A DNA stretch of 64,000 nt, from the IMG/VR virus record IMGVR_UViG_3300050343_000215, positions 113,687 to 177,686 of that record; one strand, written 5' to 3'. This DNA is from a virus. The translations under genes and the position numbers were made by a program. Below, piece by piece: positions 28,296 to 39,722 of this stretch. Positions within the stretch are counted from its first letter, which is position 1. The number at the start of each line of letters is the position of its first letter. The notes below the pieces were generated by a model, which saw nothing but the letters and a program-made list of their open reading frames with translations, was not told the origin of the DNA and did not search any database.

Positions 28296-30295
28296 TAGCT
28301 CAGACCTCCACCAGAAATATAGGCGACATTTGTTGCAATAAAGACAAGAGTTGCTACTCCTCTAGCTGCTAATGTTTTATCACTATCCGCCCCATCAGCG
28401 GTATTATATAATGTAAATGAACTTCGTGTGATTGTCATACTAGTTGCAGAATTATTCATAATAGTAATCATATCACCAGCTGAAACTGTACTAATGTCAG
28501 CAACAGTTATATTTCCGCCAGTTCTAACAACCATTTTCCCAATATCACTTCCAATCAAAGTATAGTCGCTAGTGATTGGATTGTTGAGTCCAAGTCTTCT
28601 CAGTGGACCGAGTGAGTCACTGATTGAGCCAGCAAATATGGCGCTGCCGTCCTCATTCAGGTCAATTGTGTATGCAGTATCTTCCTTGTTTCTAATAAAT
28701 ACACCGCTACCAATACCGCCTTTGACAAGCACATTAGCTTTAACAGTCAGATCACCCTCAAATGTGGCGGTGCCATATGCACCCTGTAGGTCAATTTTAG
28801 TCGTAGTTCCATCACCTAAAATCAACCTTGAGGATGAAGTCTCTTTGTATAACCCTCCCAGGTTTGTGCTGCCAGCATTGACCTGGAATGCATAGGTATC
28901 GTCGGTAGGGTTGTTTAGAATAGTACCCGCAAATGTGCCTGTGCCGTTTACACTAAGACCAATATTAGTTTCCCACAATCCACTGGTATTATTGTAAGTA
29001 ATCGTCTTATCAGTAGCTCCTTTCAGTGTAATACCACCACCATCTGCTGTGGTATCAGAAGGAGATGATACATTACCAAGTTCAATGTTCTTATCTTCTA
29101 CGGTTAAAGTAGTTGAGTCAATGGTGGTCGTAGTTCCTGAAATATCAACGTTACCTACAACATAAAGATCTTTCCAGATAACAACTCTTTCATTTCCAGT
29201 ATCAGTTCTAAATTGCAAGTAATCAGTAGTACTTCCATTTTTTCTAAAACTTAAAGAATTTTGTAAATTACTTGGAAAGTAAATGTAATTTTCTATTGCA
29301 TTTGAAAATCGTAAATGGTTTTTTGCAACTATTTTAGTATTAACTGTTGTTGTGCCGCTACCACTAGCATTTCCAATTATAACATCATTATTATTGATTA
29401 AAAGATTAAATGTATTTGCTGATGAAAGAAGTTCCCCACCATTAACCGCAATCTTACCAGAGCAAGCAAGGTCATCACTGAGAATATTGAAGTTAGTATT
29501 TCCACCTCCACCAGAAACACCCATGTTGATGGTAGTTGCTGCACCAAACGCATTAATCTGTGTTGCTACTGTATTGAAAAGAGCTTGTGTAGTCTCTGAT
29601 CCAACAATCGTAGGATTTCTAAGTGTCAGAGTTCCTGTAGTTGCACCAAGACGAATGTCAGTACCAGCACCAAATGCCTCTACAGTTGTTGCATAATCAT
29701 CAAATAAATCAACTGTAGCTTGAGTACTAGGAACTCTAACGTCACCTGAGTCTACCTGAAGATATCCTGTAAATGTTGAGTTTTCATCAACAGTCAGTGT
29801 ATCAATGCTAGCAGTACCATCAATCCAAATATTATTCCACTGTTTTGTTGCAGAACCTAAGTTATAGTTTGCAGTACTATCTGGAACAATACTAGATGTA
29901 AGTTCGGCATTAAATACGATGTTATCAGTATTAAGATCACCAAATGTTAGTGTGCCACCTGATGCAGCACCAGCTCTAAATGTAATATCGCCGTCTACTT
30001 CTAAATCACCACTAATTGATAAACTACTAGTAAGACCAATCTTACTTGCATTTACCTTGTAAAAACCTTGTCCAGAATCCCAAAATAAACTTGGCGATGC
30101 AAACGTACCAGGATCCATCCCATGGGTCTGGTTGATTAAATCAACATCACCATTGACAATTTCATTGATGCCATTTACGAGCACATTCGTTGGCGTTAAT
30201 AACGTTGCTGCATCACCAACATCAGTACCGATGAGGTTAACCATCTGACGCTGTTGCTCAAACGTAAAAGTTGTAAGGACTTCTCTAATTGCCAT
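28295..30295 (-). CDS. Tail fiber protein (666 aa)
   Basis: MAIREVLTTFTFEQQRQ N-terminus; GNVDISGTTTTIDSTTLTVEDKNIELG..ADGGGITLKG shaft motif; C-terminal DIGK...TLAARGVATL...ISGGGLS domain. Confidence 0.8.
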   Translation of the reverse strand: MAIREVLTTFTFEQQRQMVNLIGTDVGDAATLLTPTNVLVNGINEIVNGDVDLINQTHGMDPGTFASPSLFWDSGQGFYKVNASKIGLTSSLSISGDLEVDGDITFRAGAASGGTLTFGDLNTDNIVFNAELTSSIVPDSTANYNLGSATKQWNNIWIDGTASIDTLTVDENSTFTGYLQVDSGDVRVPSTQATVDLFDDYATTVEAFGAGTDIRLGATTGTLTLRNPTIVGSETTQALFNTVATQINAFGAATTINMGVSGGGGNTNFNILSDDLACSGKIAVNGGELLSSANTFNLLINNNDVIIGNASGSGTTTVNTKIVAKNHLRFSNAIENYIYFPSNLQNSLSFRKNGSTTDYLQFRTDTGNERVVIWKDLYVVGNVDISGTTTTIDSTTLTVEDKNIELGNVSSPSDTTADGGGITLKGATDKTITYNNTSGLWETNIGLSVNGTGTFAGTILNNPTDDTYAFQVNAGSTNLGGLYKETSSSRLILGDGTTTKIDLQGAYGTATFEGDLTVKANVLVKGGIGSGVFIRNKEDTAYTIDLNEDGSAIFAGSISDSLGPLRRLGLNNPITSDYTLIGSDIGKMVVRTGGNITVADISTVSAGDMITIMNNSATSMTITRSSFTLYNTADGADSDKTLAARGVATLVFIATNVAYISGGGLS

Positions 30296-30488
30296 TGGTA
30301 AGTTTCTTTAATAACTGCTTGATTTCATCAAGTTCTTGCTTCAAAGTATTTATCTCCGAAACCATCCCTTCTCTATTTGCCTTCGCTTTCATATAACGTT
30401 CATAGTCTGCCTGACTAGAATTGATCACAGCACCACTATCAGGATCCCTATAGAGATTGCTGTGACCTTCAACTTTTACTTTAATCAT
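30285..30488 (-). CDS. Conserved small protein (67 aa)
   Basis: KVEGHSNLYRDPDSGAVIN followed by a coiled coil; overlaps both neighbours. Confidence 0.8.
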   Translation of the reverse strand: MIKVKVEGHSNLYRDPDSGAVINSSQADYERYMKAKANREGMVSEINTLKQELDEIKQLLKKLTNGN

Positions 30489-33400
30489 GAATGTGCAATT
30501 ACTCGGAGATCTTCAACTCGTGGAGCAAGTGCTGGATCAGTACCAGCAAACACCAATTTAATCGCAAACGCTGAGAATGGTTTCAAATTATTTGCGGTAT
30601 AAACATATTCCAGATAAGAATTCATGTCTTCCATTGATGGGGACAATGATTTACTTTGTTCTGGAGTAATATTTGAGTTAAAATCAGAGAGTCCAGTACC
30701 ATTAAAATACTGCCACGCCATTTCAGAGAAGTTATCAGAACTTCCATCAGGACGAATCTTGAAAAGAACCTTGACATTTTCATTGCTAAACAAGTTAGCT
30801 GTTAACTTACAATCCAAAGATGTTGCGGGACTATCCAAACTTACCTCTTTTGTAATATACTTAGAGGCAGTAGAGCTATTAAATGTAGTTTCGTCAACAT
30901 AAAGGAATCCATTACTTTGGGAGACTGCGCTCACAAGTCTAGTAGTTACTGGAGAAGTTCCTGAATTTGTATCATCAATTCGGTCATTTACAGAGAAAAG
31001 ATTGTCAGTAATTACTTTCACTTTTAGATTTCCAGTACCGGAATCCCATCCGATAACAATACCAGTTTTGATTACTATTCCTCCAAGAACTGCACTTACA
31101 GAACCCTGAGCAACAGGTTGTCCATCAACAAATGTTCCTGTAATATCAATTAATTCAAGTATACCACCATTAACATTTACAACCTGTCCAGATGCACCGG
31201 AACCAGCTTGAGTTAATCTACTAGCACTGTCAACAGTATTGATAAATGTTCCGCCAGTTACACCACTCATAGTAAATTGTCCAGCTTGAACAACGTCAGG
31301 AGAAACTGTAGATACAGTAAAATCAGAAGTTACTGGTACAACTAATGTTTGTGAAATAGCACCAAATCTATCTTCATTTCCTTTTGGATTATCCATTCGT
31401 GAAGACGCTGTAATTAAGTTACAACGACTAAGATCAACAACAGGAGAAAGATTATCTTGATCAGTGCTCAATGAAATAGTATAAGTTATAGACTTATTAC
31501 CATTCAAAAGTGAAGCTTGATTACGATAAACTTCATTGACAGATGATGCAATCACTCTAGTTTCTTCAAAATAATAATTATCATTTGGACTTAAGTTAAA
31601 CGTAGGTGAAATTGTATATTCGTTGGTTAGTGTAGAATCAACTGGTCTTCCGAATGCAGTTTTAATATTTTGAGATACCGATGATGATGGGAATACCATC
31701 ATTGAAACTTGAGGAGTTGCAATTTGATACAACTTATTTGTTGTAGATATAACATTAAAACCACCACCAGATCCACTACCAGTCATATTGACATTTGCAG
31801 CGTTCCATAATGTTGTATCAATCATTATACAATAATCATCAAGACCAGTATTCTGAACGGAGTGGAATCCATTGATCAATGTAACAGGAATTCCATAGAT
31901 TGAATTGTTTGCTCCAGATCCTACGACGTTCTTAAGAATAGTAAAATCTCCATCTTTCATTCCATGATTTGGTTGTTTCACACGAATAACTTTTTGGTTA
32001 GTACCAAACAATGCAGAAGATCCATCAGTGTTATCAACAGTAATAGGATTGTCGGGAAGATTCACAAAATCAAGATCTTCATTTCTAAATTCAATTGATG
32101 CACTTGAGTTAGTTTGAAATAAACATCTATTTACATCAAATTTAATTGCTTCAGCAGTATCTTCGGACCATGCTGTAGAATTCTGAGATTTGAACAAAGC
32201 TCCAACGTTAGATTGAGCAGATGCAATAACAGAACTTCCAAGAAGTTTCTCTCCAATTTTAGCACTGTAAATTTCATAATCCGGTGATGAAGATGAGATT
32301 ACAAATGCATATTTTGTATCGTTTTGGAGATATACTGGTGATGTAAATTTAAATCTAGTCCTTGTGTTGCTATCAACTGAAGTTGAAATTCCCATCCTGA
32401 CAGCAGGATTAGTTATTCTAATAAACGATGTTGCTGTTGCTTGACCATCACCTCCTGAAATTGTGACGTTAGGTGGGGTATAATAATTTGAACCTCTATT
32501 TGTTAATTCAACTTCATAAATTTTTCCATTATAAATTTTTGCGGTAGCAGTGGCATTTACGCCAAATGTTCCTCCATTTTCACCAAAAACGTTGACCGAT
32601 GTTGTATCATTGGCATAACCACTTCCAAATGATGTTACTTTAATTCTATCAATAATACCAGAATCTTCATCAATATTGAATGTTGTTGTAGAAATAGCAG
32701 GGGCTCTCTCTACAGTAAATGCTTCACCTGGAATAAATTCTTTACCATTATGATTAGAAAGAATCAAATTATATCTGGTGTTAGTTGTAGTAACTGTCAA
32801 ATCTGATTTGACTGTTCCTGATGCTCCTGATGCTGATCCTTTGATAGTCTCACCTTTCAGGATAGTCTCACCAGATGGAACATCTGTATTAATTTTAATT
32901 CTGAGTTGAGTGTCGGACTCAAGTGTAGATTCACTAAATGGAATTATATTTCTGGTGGGTAATCCACCATTAGTGTCAACCAAATAAACTGTTACTGGTC
33001 TATCAGTTTCCTCATCAGTAGGAGTCTGCTTGTTCTTGAAATATAAATCCACACTAGATACAAACATTCCCCCATCAAATCCAGAAACTTTAAAAGTTTG
33101 TGCAAGAGGATCTAGTAAACCAGTTTGATTTACATTGACTAAAGAACTTCCAACATATTGAACTGTGTCAGAATTTGAAGTAGATCTTCTATTAATATAA
33201 GGAACTCTTGTGGATTGAATTGATGTAGTAGAAGTATTGGGGAAACCACTTACAGTATATACTGCCTCTGCAAATGTAGCTACATCACCAGAATCGCTGG
33301 AATTACTACTGCTAGAAGTTAATCTAAATGACTTACTGCCAGCAACAAAAGATCTCTTAGTACTTGCATTATCATAGAATATACTTGGAGAGTTAGTCAT

Positions 33401-36400
33401 ATCCAAACTCTTTCTACTTTTTCTAGGTGCAAATCCATTTGGAATCAAGAAGAAACCACTAATATTACCTTTGTCATCTGTGACGATCTTTTCACCAAAA
33501 CCTTTTTCAGCATAACCAGCTTTTCCAGTAAATGGAGTGGTTAAGCTAGTAACATTATCTGGGTTGACCCATGAAGAAACACTAATGCCATCAAAGAAAG
33601 CATAGAGTTGAGTATCAGGTTCAAGACCTTTCGCAACAAATTTTACAAGTTTAGTTCTAATGTAAGGAACATATGGTGTGGAAACAGCTCTTTGACCTCT
33701 GTCTACAGAAGATGCTCCATATGGAGACAATCTGTTCTGGGTGCCATTTCTACTTCTAGTTCTAGTTTTTCCTTTAATAACTAGATTAGGATCACCAGCA
33801 AATTGTGAAGTAGTAGTATTGGTAGAATTATTCAGAGTATATGTTGGAGTTCCAGTCCAAGAAATTTGCCATTCATTCCATAAACTGCCCCAAACATTGT
33901 TATCATTCTTGATAACATCAAATATTGAATTTTCATTAACAATTAATTCAGGAGATGTTACAGTATCTTTCCATTCATCAATATCAGGTTGCAGCAACAT
34001 CATTCCAGAATACTTGGAAGTTTTACCTACGTTTAACTTAAGTGTTTTTGTTGAATACTGATTAGTTATAGTGTTCTGCTCAGTAAATGGAAGTGTGACT
34101 AAATCACCTTTCTTAACATATCCACTTGCAGTTCTCTGCAGATCAGTAAGATTTTTCTCCTCAAGTTTAGTTTGAGAAGAAGCAAAACTTGGTCTAAGAA
34201 CACCAGTTTGTGTATCAATAGAACACTTATAATCTATAGACGAAGTATTTCCTACTCCATGTCCTTCAAAGTTATCTACAAGAATACCATTCTTGAACCT
34301 ATCATTACCAAACTCGTCTCTAACTTGAGTATTAAATGTATCCTGCTCCAGGAGACTTAATACTGTATAGTATTCAAGTTTTTCAACTCTCTTCTCAAGT
34401 TTACCGATATCACGCATCGTATAACGACGGTTGTCAAAATTCTTGACAGTAACATCGGATAACTTATAAGTATATGCTGGAATATTCAAATGATAAAGAA
34501 GAATTCCATCAGAAATTTCTTCTGGAACCTGTGGATTAAGAGAAGGAGTTCCCTTAGCAACAACAAAGTTACCAGATTTAGAAATATAAATGGAATCAAT
34601 TCTATTCAAATAGAATTCATAATTAGACTCAAATGTAGTTCCAGAAATAGGCAAAGGAGCAGAAGATGATCCTAAACCACTAAATTTCAAAGCATCAATT
34701 GTTCTTGAATCACTATACCCAGGAAGAACTGTTGCGGTATTAAGACCAGTAAAATCAGATACCCTTGGTCTAAAATCAACAACATCTCTTAAAGAAATTT
34801 TTCCAAATACTGATGAATCATAATTGGGAATATCTTTATACTCAATATTAGTATAAGAGTCTACGGTGAAATATCCACTACCAGCAGAGCCTGTACCAAC
34901 ACCGCCAATATGATCAAAGTAATCATACACTACTAATAATTGATTACTTGGAGCAATCTCGCCTGGTTTTAAGATAATTCTTGCAAGATCATAATGAGTA
35001 TCTCTTTGACCACCATCAAATGTAAATCTATCAGTAATCTCAACATCATTATTAGTTGCAGGCGCTGTTGTTGACGACATAAAAACTGATATTAGTTTAA
35101 GACCATCAGCATATTCAAGAGGAATTACGGGATCATTAAATCCAGTTGCAATATTTGATTCTACACTAGACTTAAGGACTTTAGTTTTTGGTGAAGTATC
35201 AACTTTTCTGACAGGAGCAATAAGTTTAAATGGTGTGTTTGCAAACCCAGTAAAACTACTCATATCAATGTTGATACTCGTGCCATTAGCACCTATTGCA
35301 ACCTTACCAGAAATATCAAGAAGATTTCCGCTAGTCGGATTAGACATAACATAATCACCAGCCGAATAATTGAGGAACTGTTCATTGGTTCCAACAGTTA
35401 CACTTGCTAAAGAATTGGAATCAAAATTACCTAAAAATTCTTTTGCTACAGTATAGTTGATATTCGTGTCATTAGGATCTAAAACCTGAGTTTTGACATC
35501 TTTATTAGGGAGTGCATATAGAAGTGTGTTAGAGGCGACTCCAGACAACTTAGAACGCTTCCTTTGGATACTCTTGGTAGTGAAAGCAGACAATATTTCG
35601 CCATATACAAAAATTCTTGCTGTAGTAGTAGCTCCATCAATACATGCAAATTTTACAACATATTTTCTGACACGTCCAACATTATCAATAACAGAAATAA
35701 TATCTCCCTCAACCAAATCAAGATCTGGTCTTGACCCAAGATTATCTGCAGTAATGAAATAATCACCTTCAATGGCACTAAAAGTTGATCCGCCTGCAAC
35801 CGCAAACGATGATTCTACTGAAGCAATATCGCCAGCAAAAGGATTTCCTGTGGTAGTTCCATAGAAACTTCTAACGAAAGATGAATTATAAGGTACTATA
35901 TTTTTGTAGTTCATAACAGGAGTAACTACAGCTCCAGAACCTGTTGTCGCGACAACCTGAATTTCGGGAGCTGTACTGAATTTACCAATAGCAGCTCTAG
36001 TTGTATCAGTAATTGTAATTACTCTAAGTTGATTATTTGTTACAGTAATATTTGATGCTTCAATTGTAGTGAGTTGATTCACTCCGCCAATATTAATAGC
36101 AGTAATGTCAGCAGCATCAACATATGCTGCTCCAAAATTTTGAATCTTGAATTCTGAAATAGTTCCTTCTGTTTCAATAAAGTTAAATGGAGTTGATGCA
36201 CCATCTTGTTCAGATGCAAGAGTTTCTCCCTCAGAGAACTCTCCAACAACTCTGGAAAGAATTAATTCTTTAGAGTCCGCAATAAGTTGTTCAACAATAC
36301 CTCTGGCACCACTAGTTTGTCCAGTAATGAATTTACCTACACTAAAGTTTAGTGGATCTTTACATTTAATTCTTACAAAATACTCTAATCCAAATAAACC

Positions 36401-38065
36401 ATGCCTAAACAAACAATCTTTATCATATGCACCATTTGATGAATTTCCGGTAAGATATTTAAAAGATTTTGTTTTACCAATGCCAACAAAAGGAGTTGTA
36501 ACATATTCTGCTGATTTCACAGTCGCCGTGACTGCACCAATCGTGATAGATCCACCAATAGCAAATGCACCACTGCCGCTGGTACGCTTACATACTACAA
36601 AAGCTTTATTTTGAGATTCATTAATATGATAAGCAAAAGCAGTACCAGTTTGACCCGACAACGACCACGTAGTTGTACCGCCACCATCAGTTACTGGATT
36701 TGTAGTTGCAGAAAGGGATGATAATGTGAAAATAAAATATGCATCAGTTTCTGGCGCATTAGAATCAAGATTCTTTGTAGTATCACCAAATTCAGTATCT
36801 GTATGTCTATCATACAGGACTACTTCTTGATTTGCATTTGTGCTAACAAGACCTAAACCAGTAACATTTTCTGATCTAGATTCAACATCAGGAAATGAAA
36901 GTAAATTCTTTACTGTATAATTAGATCCCTCTGAAGCAGAAATTGAATTATTTTCTTGAGTCTGTGTATCTCTAGCTTTTTCAATAGAAACATATCTAGT
37001 TGAAGTTGTTTCAATCTCATATCCCTTGACATATGCTTTGCCAGGTTCAATAACTGATACAAACTTATCTGCAGACCCTCCTTGAGAAACAGTATATACA
37101 CCATTATTGTCGGTACTTGCAAGACTCTCCTTGAGACTAAGCAAGAACTCTTTAACTACATAATTGCCAGACTCATCAAAAGTCCTTCTAGCAAGAATAT
37201 CTTCAACGAGACCATTAGTGTTGGAAAGTTCTACAACTGGTGTAGTAATTCCATTCTTAATTTGAAGTAACTGAACAAAATCTCTCTGGTCAGGTGCATC
37301 AATTGGTCTTGAGACTAATGTAAGTCCAATCTTAAGTCTATGTGCTCCAGGAGCAGCAAAGTTAGAATATCCCTGTGCATTATCCAGAAGTGAAAGTTCT
37401 TCTTCTGGTGTTGTTAACTGTTCTGAAACAATAAATCCAACTTTATAAGTCGGAGTATTATTGTATTTTTCAAGAATAATTGTTTGTGAAGCTGTCTTTA
37501 CTAAAGACCCATTAATAAAATAGATACCTTCATTTACAGAAACTGCTGTACCAAACCCCATCGCATTAGAGGTAGTTGGTTTCACATTTCCACTAACACC
37601 AACAATTGCTGTGGGAGCTCCAGCAGAATTAGAAGTAATTGTTTCACCTTCTATGAAGGTGAGGGAAGTGTTTGTATCGCCACTACTTTCATACTTAACA
37701 AAAAGTGTAGCGGAATCCGTTGTTGTTGATGCAGTAGCATTGACAACAGTAGCGACAATACCAGAAGTATTGCCAGTCATTTTTTTACCGATGTAATCGG
37801 TAATTAGCAAATTATTTGTAAAAGAACTAACCTTTACAAAATTAAATTGCCTATCTACAATAAGTTCCCCAGGTACTACAATAGAACCTTGTTTAAAATT
37901 TGCTTTCGCAAGACTTTCTACTTGATTCTGTAAAATTGATTGCAGCGTAGTGAGTTCCCTAGACTGGATAGAATATCCAGGTCTAAAGAGAACTCTGTAA
38001 AAATTATTATTCGGATCAAAATCATCAAAATAAGGAGCTTTATTTAAGTTAGTACTCTGGGGCAT
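30485..38065 (-). CDS. DUF4815 / VrlC-like large baseplate-associated structural protein (2526 aa)
   Basis: TNLN.APYFDDFD..NFYRVLFRPG.SIQ.RELTTLQSILQNQVE, RRTFDESG.Y, RRYTMRDIGKLEKRVEKLEYYT.LSLLE, RFKNGILVDNF, DPLAQTF; follows gp8. Confidence 0.9.
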   Translation of the reverse strand: MPQSTNLNKAPYFDDFDPNNNFYRVLFRPGYSIQSRELTTLQSILQNQVESLAKANFKQGSIVVPGELIVDRQFNFVKVSSFTNNLLITDYIGKKMTGNTSGIVATVVNATASTTTDSATLFVKYESSGDTNTSLTFIEGETITSNSAGAPTAIVGVSGNVKPTTSNAMGFGTAVSVNEGIYFINGSLVKTASQTIILEKYNNTPTYKVGFIVSEQLTTPEEELSLLDNAQGYSNFAAPGAHRLKIGLTLVSRPIDAPDQRDFVQLLQIKNGITTPVVELSNTNGLVEDILARRTFDESGNYVVKEFLLSLKESLASTDNNGVYTVSQGGSADKFVSVIEPGKAYVKGYEIETTSTRYVSIEKARDTQTQENNSISASEGSNYTVKNLLSFPDVESRSENVTGLGLVSTNANQEVVLYDRHTDTEFGDTTKNLDSNAPETDAYFIFTLSSLSATTNPVTDGGGTTTWSLSGQTGTAFAYHINESQNKAFVVCKRTSGSGAFAIGGSITIGAVTATVKSAEYVTTPFVGIGKTKSFKYLTGNSSNGAYDKDCLFRHGLFGLEYFVRIKCKDPLNFSVGKFITGQTSGARGIVEQLIADSKELILSRVVGEFSEGETLASEQDGASTPFNFIETEGTISEFKIQNFGAAYVDAADITAINIGGVNQLTTIEASNITVTNNQLRVITITDTTRAAIGKFSTAPEIQVVATTGSGAVVTPVMNYKNIVPYNSSFVRSFYGTTTGNPFAGDIASVESSFAVAGGSTFSAIEGDYFITADNLGSRPDLDLVEGDIISVIDNVGRVRKYVVKFACIDGATTTARIFVYGEILSAFTTKSIQRKRSKLSGVASNTLLYALPNKDVKTQVLDPNDTNINYTVAKEFLGNFDSNSLASVTVGTNEQFLNYSAGDYVMSNPTSGNLLDISGKVAIGANGTSINIDMSSFTGFANTPFKLIAPVRKVDTSPKTKVLKSSVESNIATGFNDPVIPLEYADGLKLISVFMSSTTAPATNNDVEITDRFTFDGGQRDTHYDLARIILKPGEIAPSNQLLVVYDYFDHIGGVGTGSAGSGYFTVDSYTNIEYKDIPNYDSSVFGKISLRDVVDFRPRVSDFTGLNTATVLPGYSDSRTIDALKFSGLGSSSAPLPISGTTFESNYEFYLNRIDSIYISKSGNFVVAKGTPSLNPQVPEEISDGILLYHLNIPAYTYKLSDVTVKNFDNRRYTMRDIGKLEKRVEKLEYYTVLSLLEQDTFNTQVRDEFGNDRFKNGILVDNFEGHGVGNTSSIDYKCSIDTQTGVLRPSFASSQTKLEEKNLTDLQRTASGYVKKGDLVTLPFTEQNTITNQYSTKTLKLNVGKTSKYSGMMLLQPDIDEWKDTVTSPELIVNENSIFDVIKNDNNVWGSLWNEWQISWTGTPTYTLNNSTNTTTSQFAGDPNLVIKGKTRTRSRNGTQNRLSPYGASSVDRGQRAVSTPYVPYIRTKLVKFVAKGLEPDTQLYAFFDGISVSSWVNPDNVTSLTTPFTGKAGYAEKGFGEKIVTDDKGNISGFFLIPNGFAPRKSRKSLDMTNSPSIFYDNASTKRSFVAGSKSFRLTSSSSNSSDSGDVATFAEAVYTVSGFPNTSTTSIQSTRVPYINRRSTSNSDTVQYVGSSLVNVNQTGLLDPLAQTFKVSGFDGGMFVSSVDLYFKNKQTPTDEETDRPVTVYLVDTNGGLPTRNIIPFSESTLESDTQLRIKINTDVPSGETILKGETIKGSASGASGTVKSDLTVTTTNTRYNLILSNHNGKEFIPGEAFTVERAPAISTTTFNIDEDSGIIDRIKVTSFGSGYANDTTSVNVFGENGGTFGVNATATAKIYNGKIYEVELTNRGSNYYTPPNVTISGGDGQATATSFIRITNPAVRMGISTSVDSNTRTRFKFTSPVYLQNDTKYAFVISSSSPDYEIYSAKIGEKLLGSSVIASAQSNVGALFKSQNSTAWSEDTAEAIKFDVNRCLFQTNSSASIEFRNEDLDFVNLPDNPITVDNTDGSSALFGTNQKVIRVKQPNHGMKDGDFTILKNVVGSGANNSIYGIPVTLINGFHSVQNTGLDDYCIMIDTTLWNAANVNMTGSGSGGGFNVISTTNKLYQIATPQVSMMVFPSSSVSQNIKTAFGRPVDSTLTNEYTISPTFNLSPNDNYYFEETRVIASSVNEVYRNQASLLNGNKSITYTISLSTDQDNLSPVVDLSRCNLITASSRMDNPKGNEDRFGAISQTLVVPVTSDFTVSTVSPDVVQAGQFTMSGVTGGTFINTVDSASRLTQAGSGASGQVVNVNGGILELIDITGTFVDGQPVAQGSVSAVLGGIVIKTGIVIGWDSGTGNLKVKVITDNLFSVNDRIDDTNSGTSPVTTRLVSAVSQSNGFLYVDETTFNSSTASKYITKEVSLDSPATSLDCKLTANLFSNENVKVLFKIRPDGSSDNFSEMAWQYFNGTGLSDFNSNITPEQSKSLSPSMEDMNSYLEYVYTANNLKPFSAFAIKLVFAGTDPALAPRVEDLRVIAHS

Positions 38066-38107
38066 ATTACTAGACTAGAATGTTGTTTTGATCTTATATG
38101 ATATATA

Positions 38108-39679
38108 TCAGAATTCTACGACCAATTTCACATCCTCAATTTGATCAATTGAGCGAGAAACTGTTCTTCTGTTTTCAACATAAATGATATCGCCTGTATA
38201 CTTTTTAATCTCAGTATTAGCGTAACCGTTAGTAAAAGTTAGATTTGAAGTTGTAAGACTATAACTTGTTTCTGGAGTTTCAACTGCCCCAGAAACTGCA
38301 CCTGTAATTGCATTAGCACCTGAGAAAGCAGGAAGATCTCCTTTGCTATCGCCAGTGATAATGTGCTCATAAGAACTCTGATAGAGTTTCAGAATCTTTG
38401 TGCCTGAATCCCATGAAACAACTTTGCCCTTGGCATTAGTAGTTGCTTGGGTTACAGTTTCATCAATATTAAATGATGCAACTGTTGCTGAAGGGAATTT
38501 AACGGCTACAAGAGCGTTGTAGGTAGAAGATGTTGCAGCTCCGCCGCCTGTTTGCTCAGGATCGCGAAGAACTCCAATTCTTCTGAAGTCAGTGTCAACT
38601 GGGAACTCAAGATTCTCATCGTATTGAACTCTAGAGTTGACCATGACACGCTTAGTGCCAAGTTCTTTATTAATGTTATATCCATGTCCACCTGAAGGAG
38701 GAATGATTACTTCCAGAAGAGCGACAGATCCAGGGGCACCAATACCAGAAATTTCAGTTGCATTTACATTAATATAACCGTAGGTGTAACCAGATCCAGG
38801 AGTTGTGATAATTACGTCACTAACAGCACCACTAGTTACTTTAACTGTTGCGATTGCCTGAGTACCACCGTTTTTTGCCCAATCTCCACGGACGGGAACA
38901 TTAGTGTATCCAGTTACGTTGTTGTCAGTGTATCCAGTACCACCGCTATTAATAATAACAGTATCAACAGCACCATCAACTGCTGCTCCCTTAACATCAA
39001 CACCGTTTGTGGGATCTCCTGCAGATCCAACACCCCAGACAGCAGGTACGGGAATATACGATGTAGTGAAAAATTTAATTACATCATCTGTTCCAATACT
39101 ATACAAGAACTTCCATCTGTAACCATCAGCAGTACTGAAAATAGTTGTTCCAGTTCCTGAAGGAGCGACTGTAGAAGCAGTTCCGTTAGGGTTGGCAGGA
39201 GAAGAACCGTTGTAGATACATTTGTAAATTTTATAGTCATTTACAACATAAAATTTACCGCTATACAGGTGAGGAGCATTTTCACCAGCAGAGTTTGCCT
39301 TGAAATCAGCACTATAATTAGAACGATACATGGAGTATGTGACTCCAGATGTCCAATTATGTCTCGGAACTACTAATCTCACATCCGAAGACTGAATTCT
39401 CTTGAGAGAAATCATGTCATCAAATACTTCTTTTTCGTAATTGAAACTGTCAATGGGAGTTGGAGGATTATTTTCGTTTGGAGCAGCGAGATATGAACCA
39501 CTGTGCTGACTACCTGCGGGTTGACCAACATATGAGAGAGCGCCAGCTACAGTAGCGGTGTCCCAGGTTTGGGGTCTACCCATGAAGAAGTACATATTAG
39601 TGGCAGCCGTCTCAGAAAATGCTTCCTCAAACTGTTGAGCATTATGAATTCTAAATTGTTCAGAAATTAAAGCTGGCAT
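38108..39679 (-). CDS. gp8: Baseplate wedge subunit
   Basis: FRIHNAQQF, WTSGVTYSMY, YKCIYNG, DGYRWKFLY, GGHG and GDIIYVENRRTVSRSIDQIEDVKLVVEF motifs. Confidence 0.93.
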   Translation of the reverse strand: MPALISEQFRIHNAQQFEEAFSETAATNMYFFMGRPQTWDTATVAGALSYVGQPAGSQHSGSYLAAPNENNPPTPIDSFNYEKEVFDDMISLKRIQSSDVRLVVPRHNWTSGVTYSMYRSNYSADFKANSAGENAPHLYSGKFYVVNDYKIYKCIYNGSSPANPNGTASTVAPSGTGTTIFSTADGYRWKFLYSIGTDDVIKFFTTSYIPVPAVWGVGSAGDPTNGVDVKGAAVDGAVDTVIINSGGTGYTDNNVTGYTNVPVRGDWAKNGGTQAIATVKVTSGAVSDVIITTPGSGYTYGYINVNATEISGIGAPGSVALLEVIIPPSGGHGYNINKELGTKRVMVNSRVQYDENLEFPVDTDFRRIGVLRDPEQTGGGAATSSTYNALVAVKFPSATVASFNIDETVTQATTNAKGKVVSWDSGTKILKLYQSSYEHIITGDSKGDLPAFSGANAITGAVSGAVETPETSYSLTTSNLTFTNGYANTEIKKYTGDIIYVENRRTVSRSIDQIEDVKLVVEF

Positions 39680-39710
39680 TGCTATAAATGGTTTACGGTT
39701 TTCCTTGTGT

Positions 39711-39718
39711 TATTTATA
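39711..39718 (-). promoter_or_regulatory. T4 late promoter TATAAATA for gp8
   Basis: Perfect consensus 32 nt upstream of the gp8 ATG. Confidence 0.8.
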
Positions 39719-39722
39719 TTTA

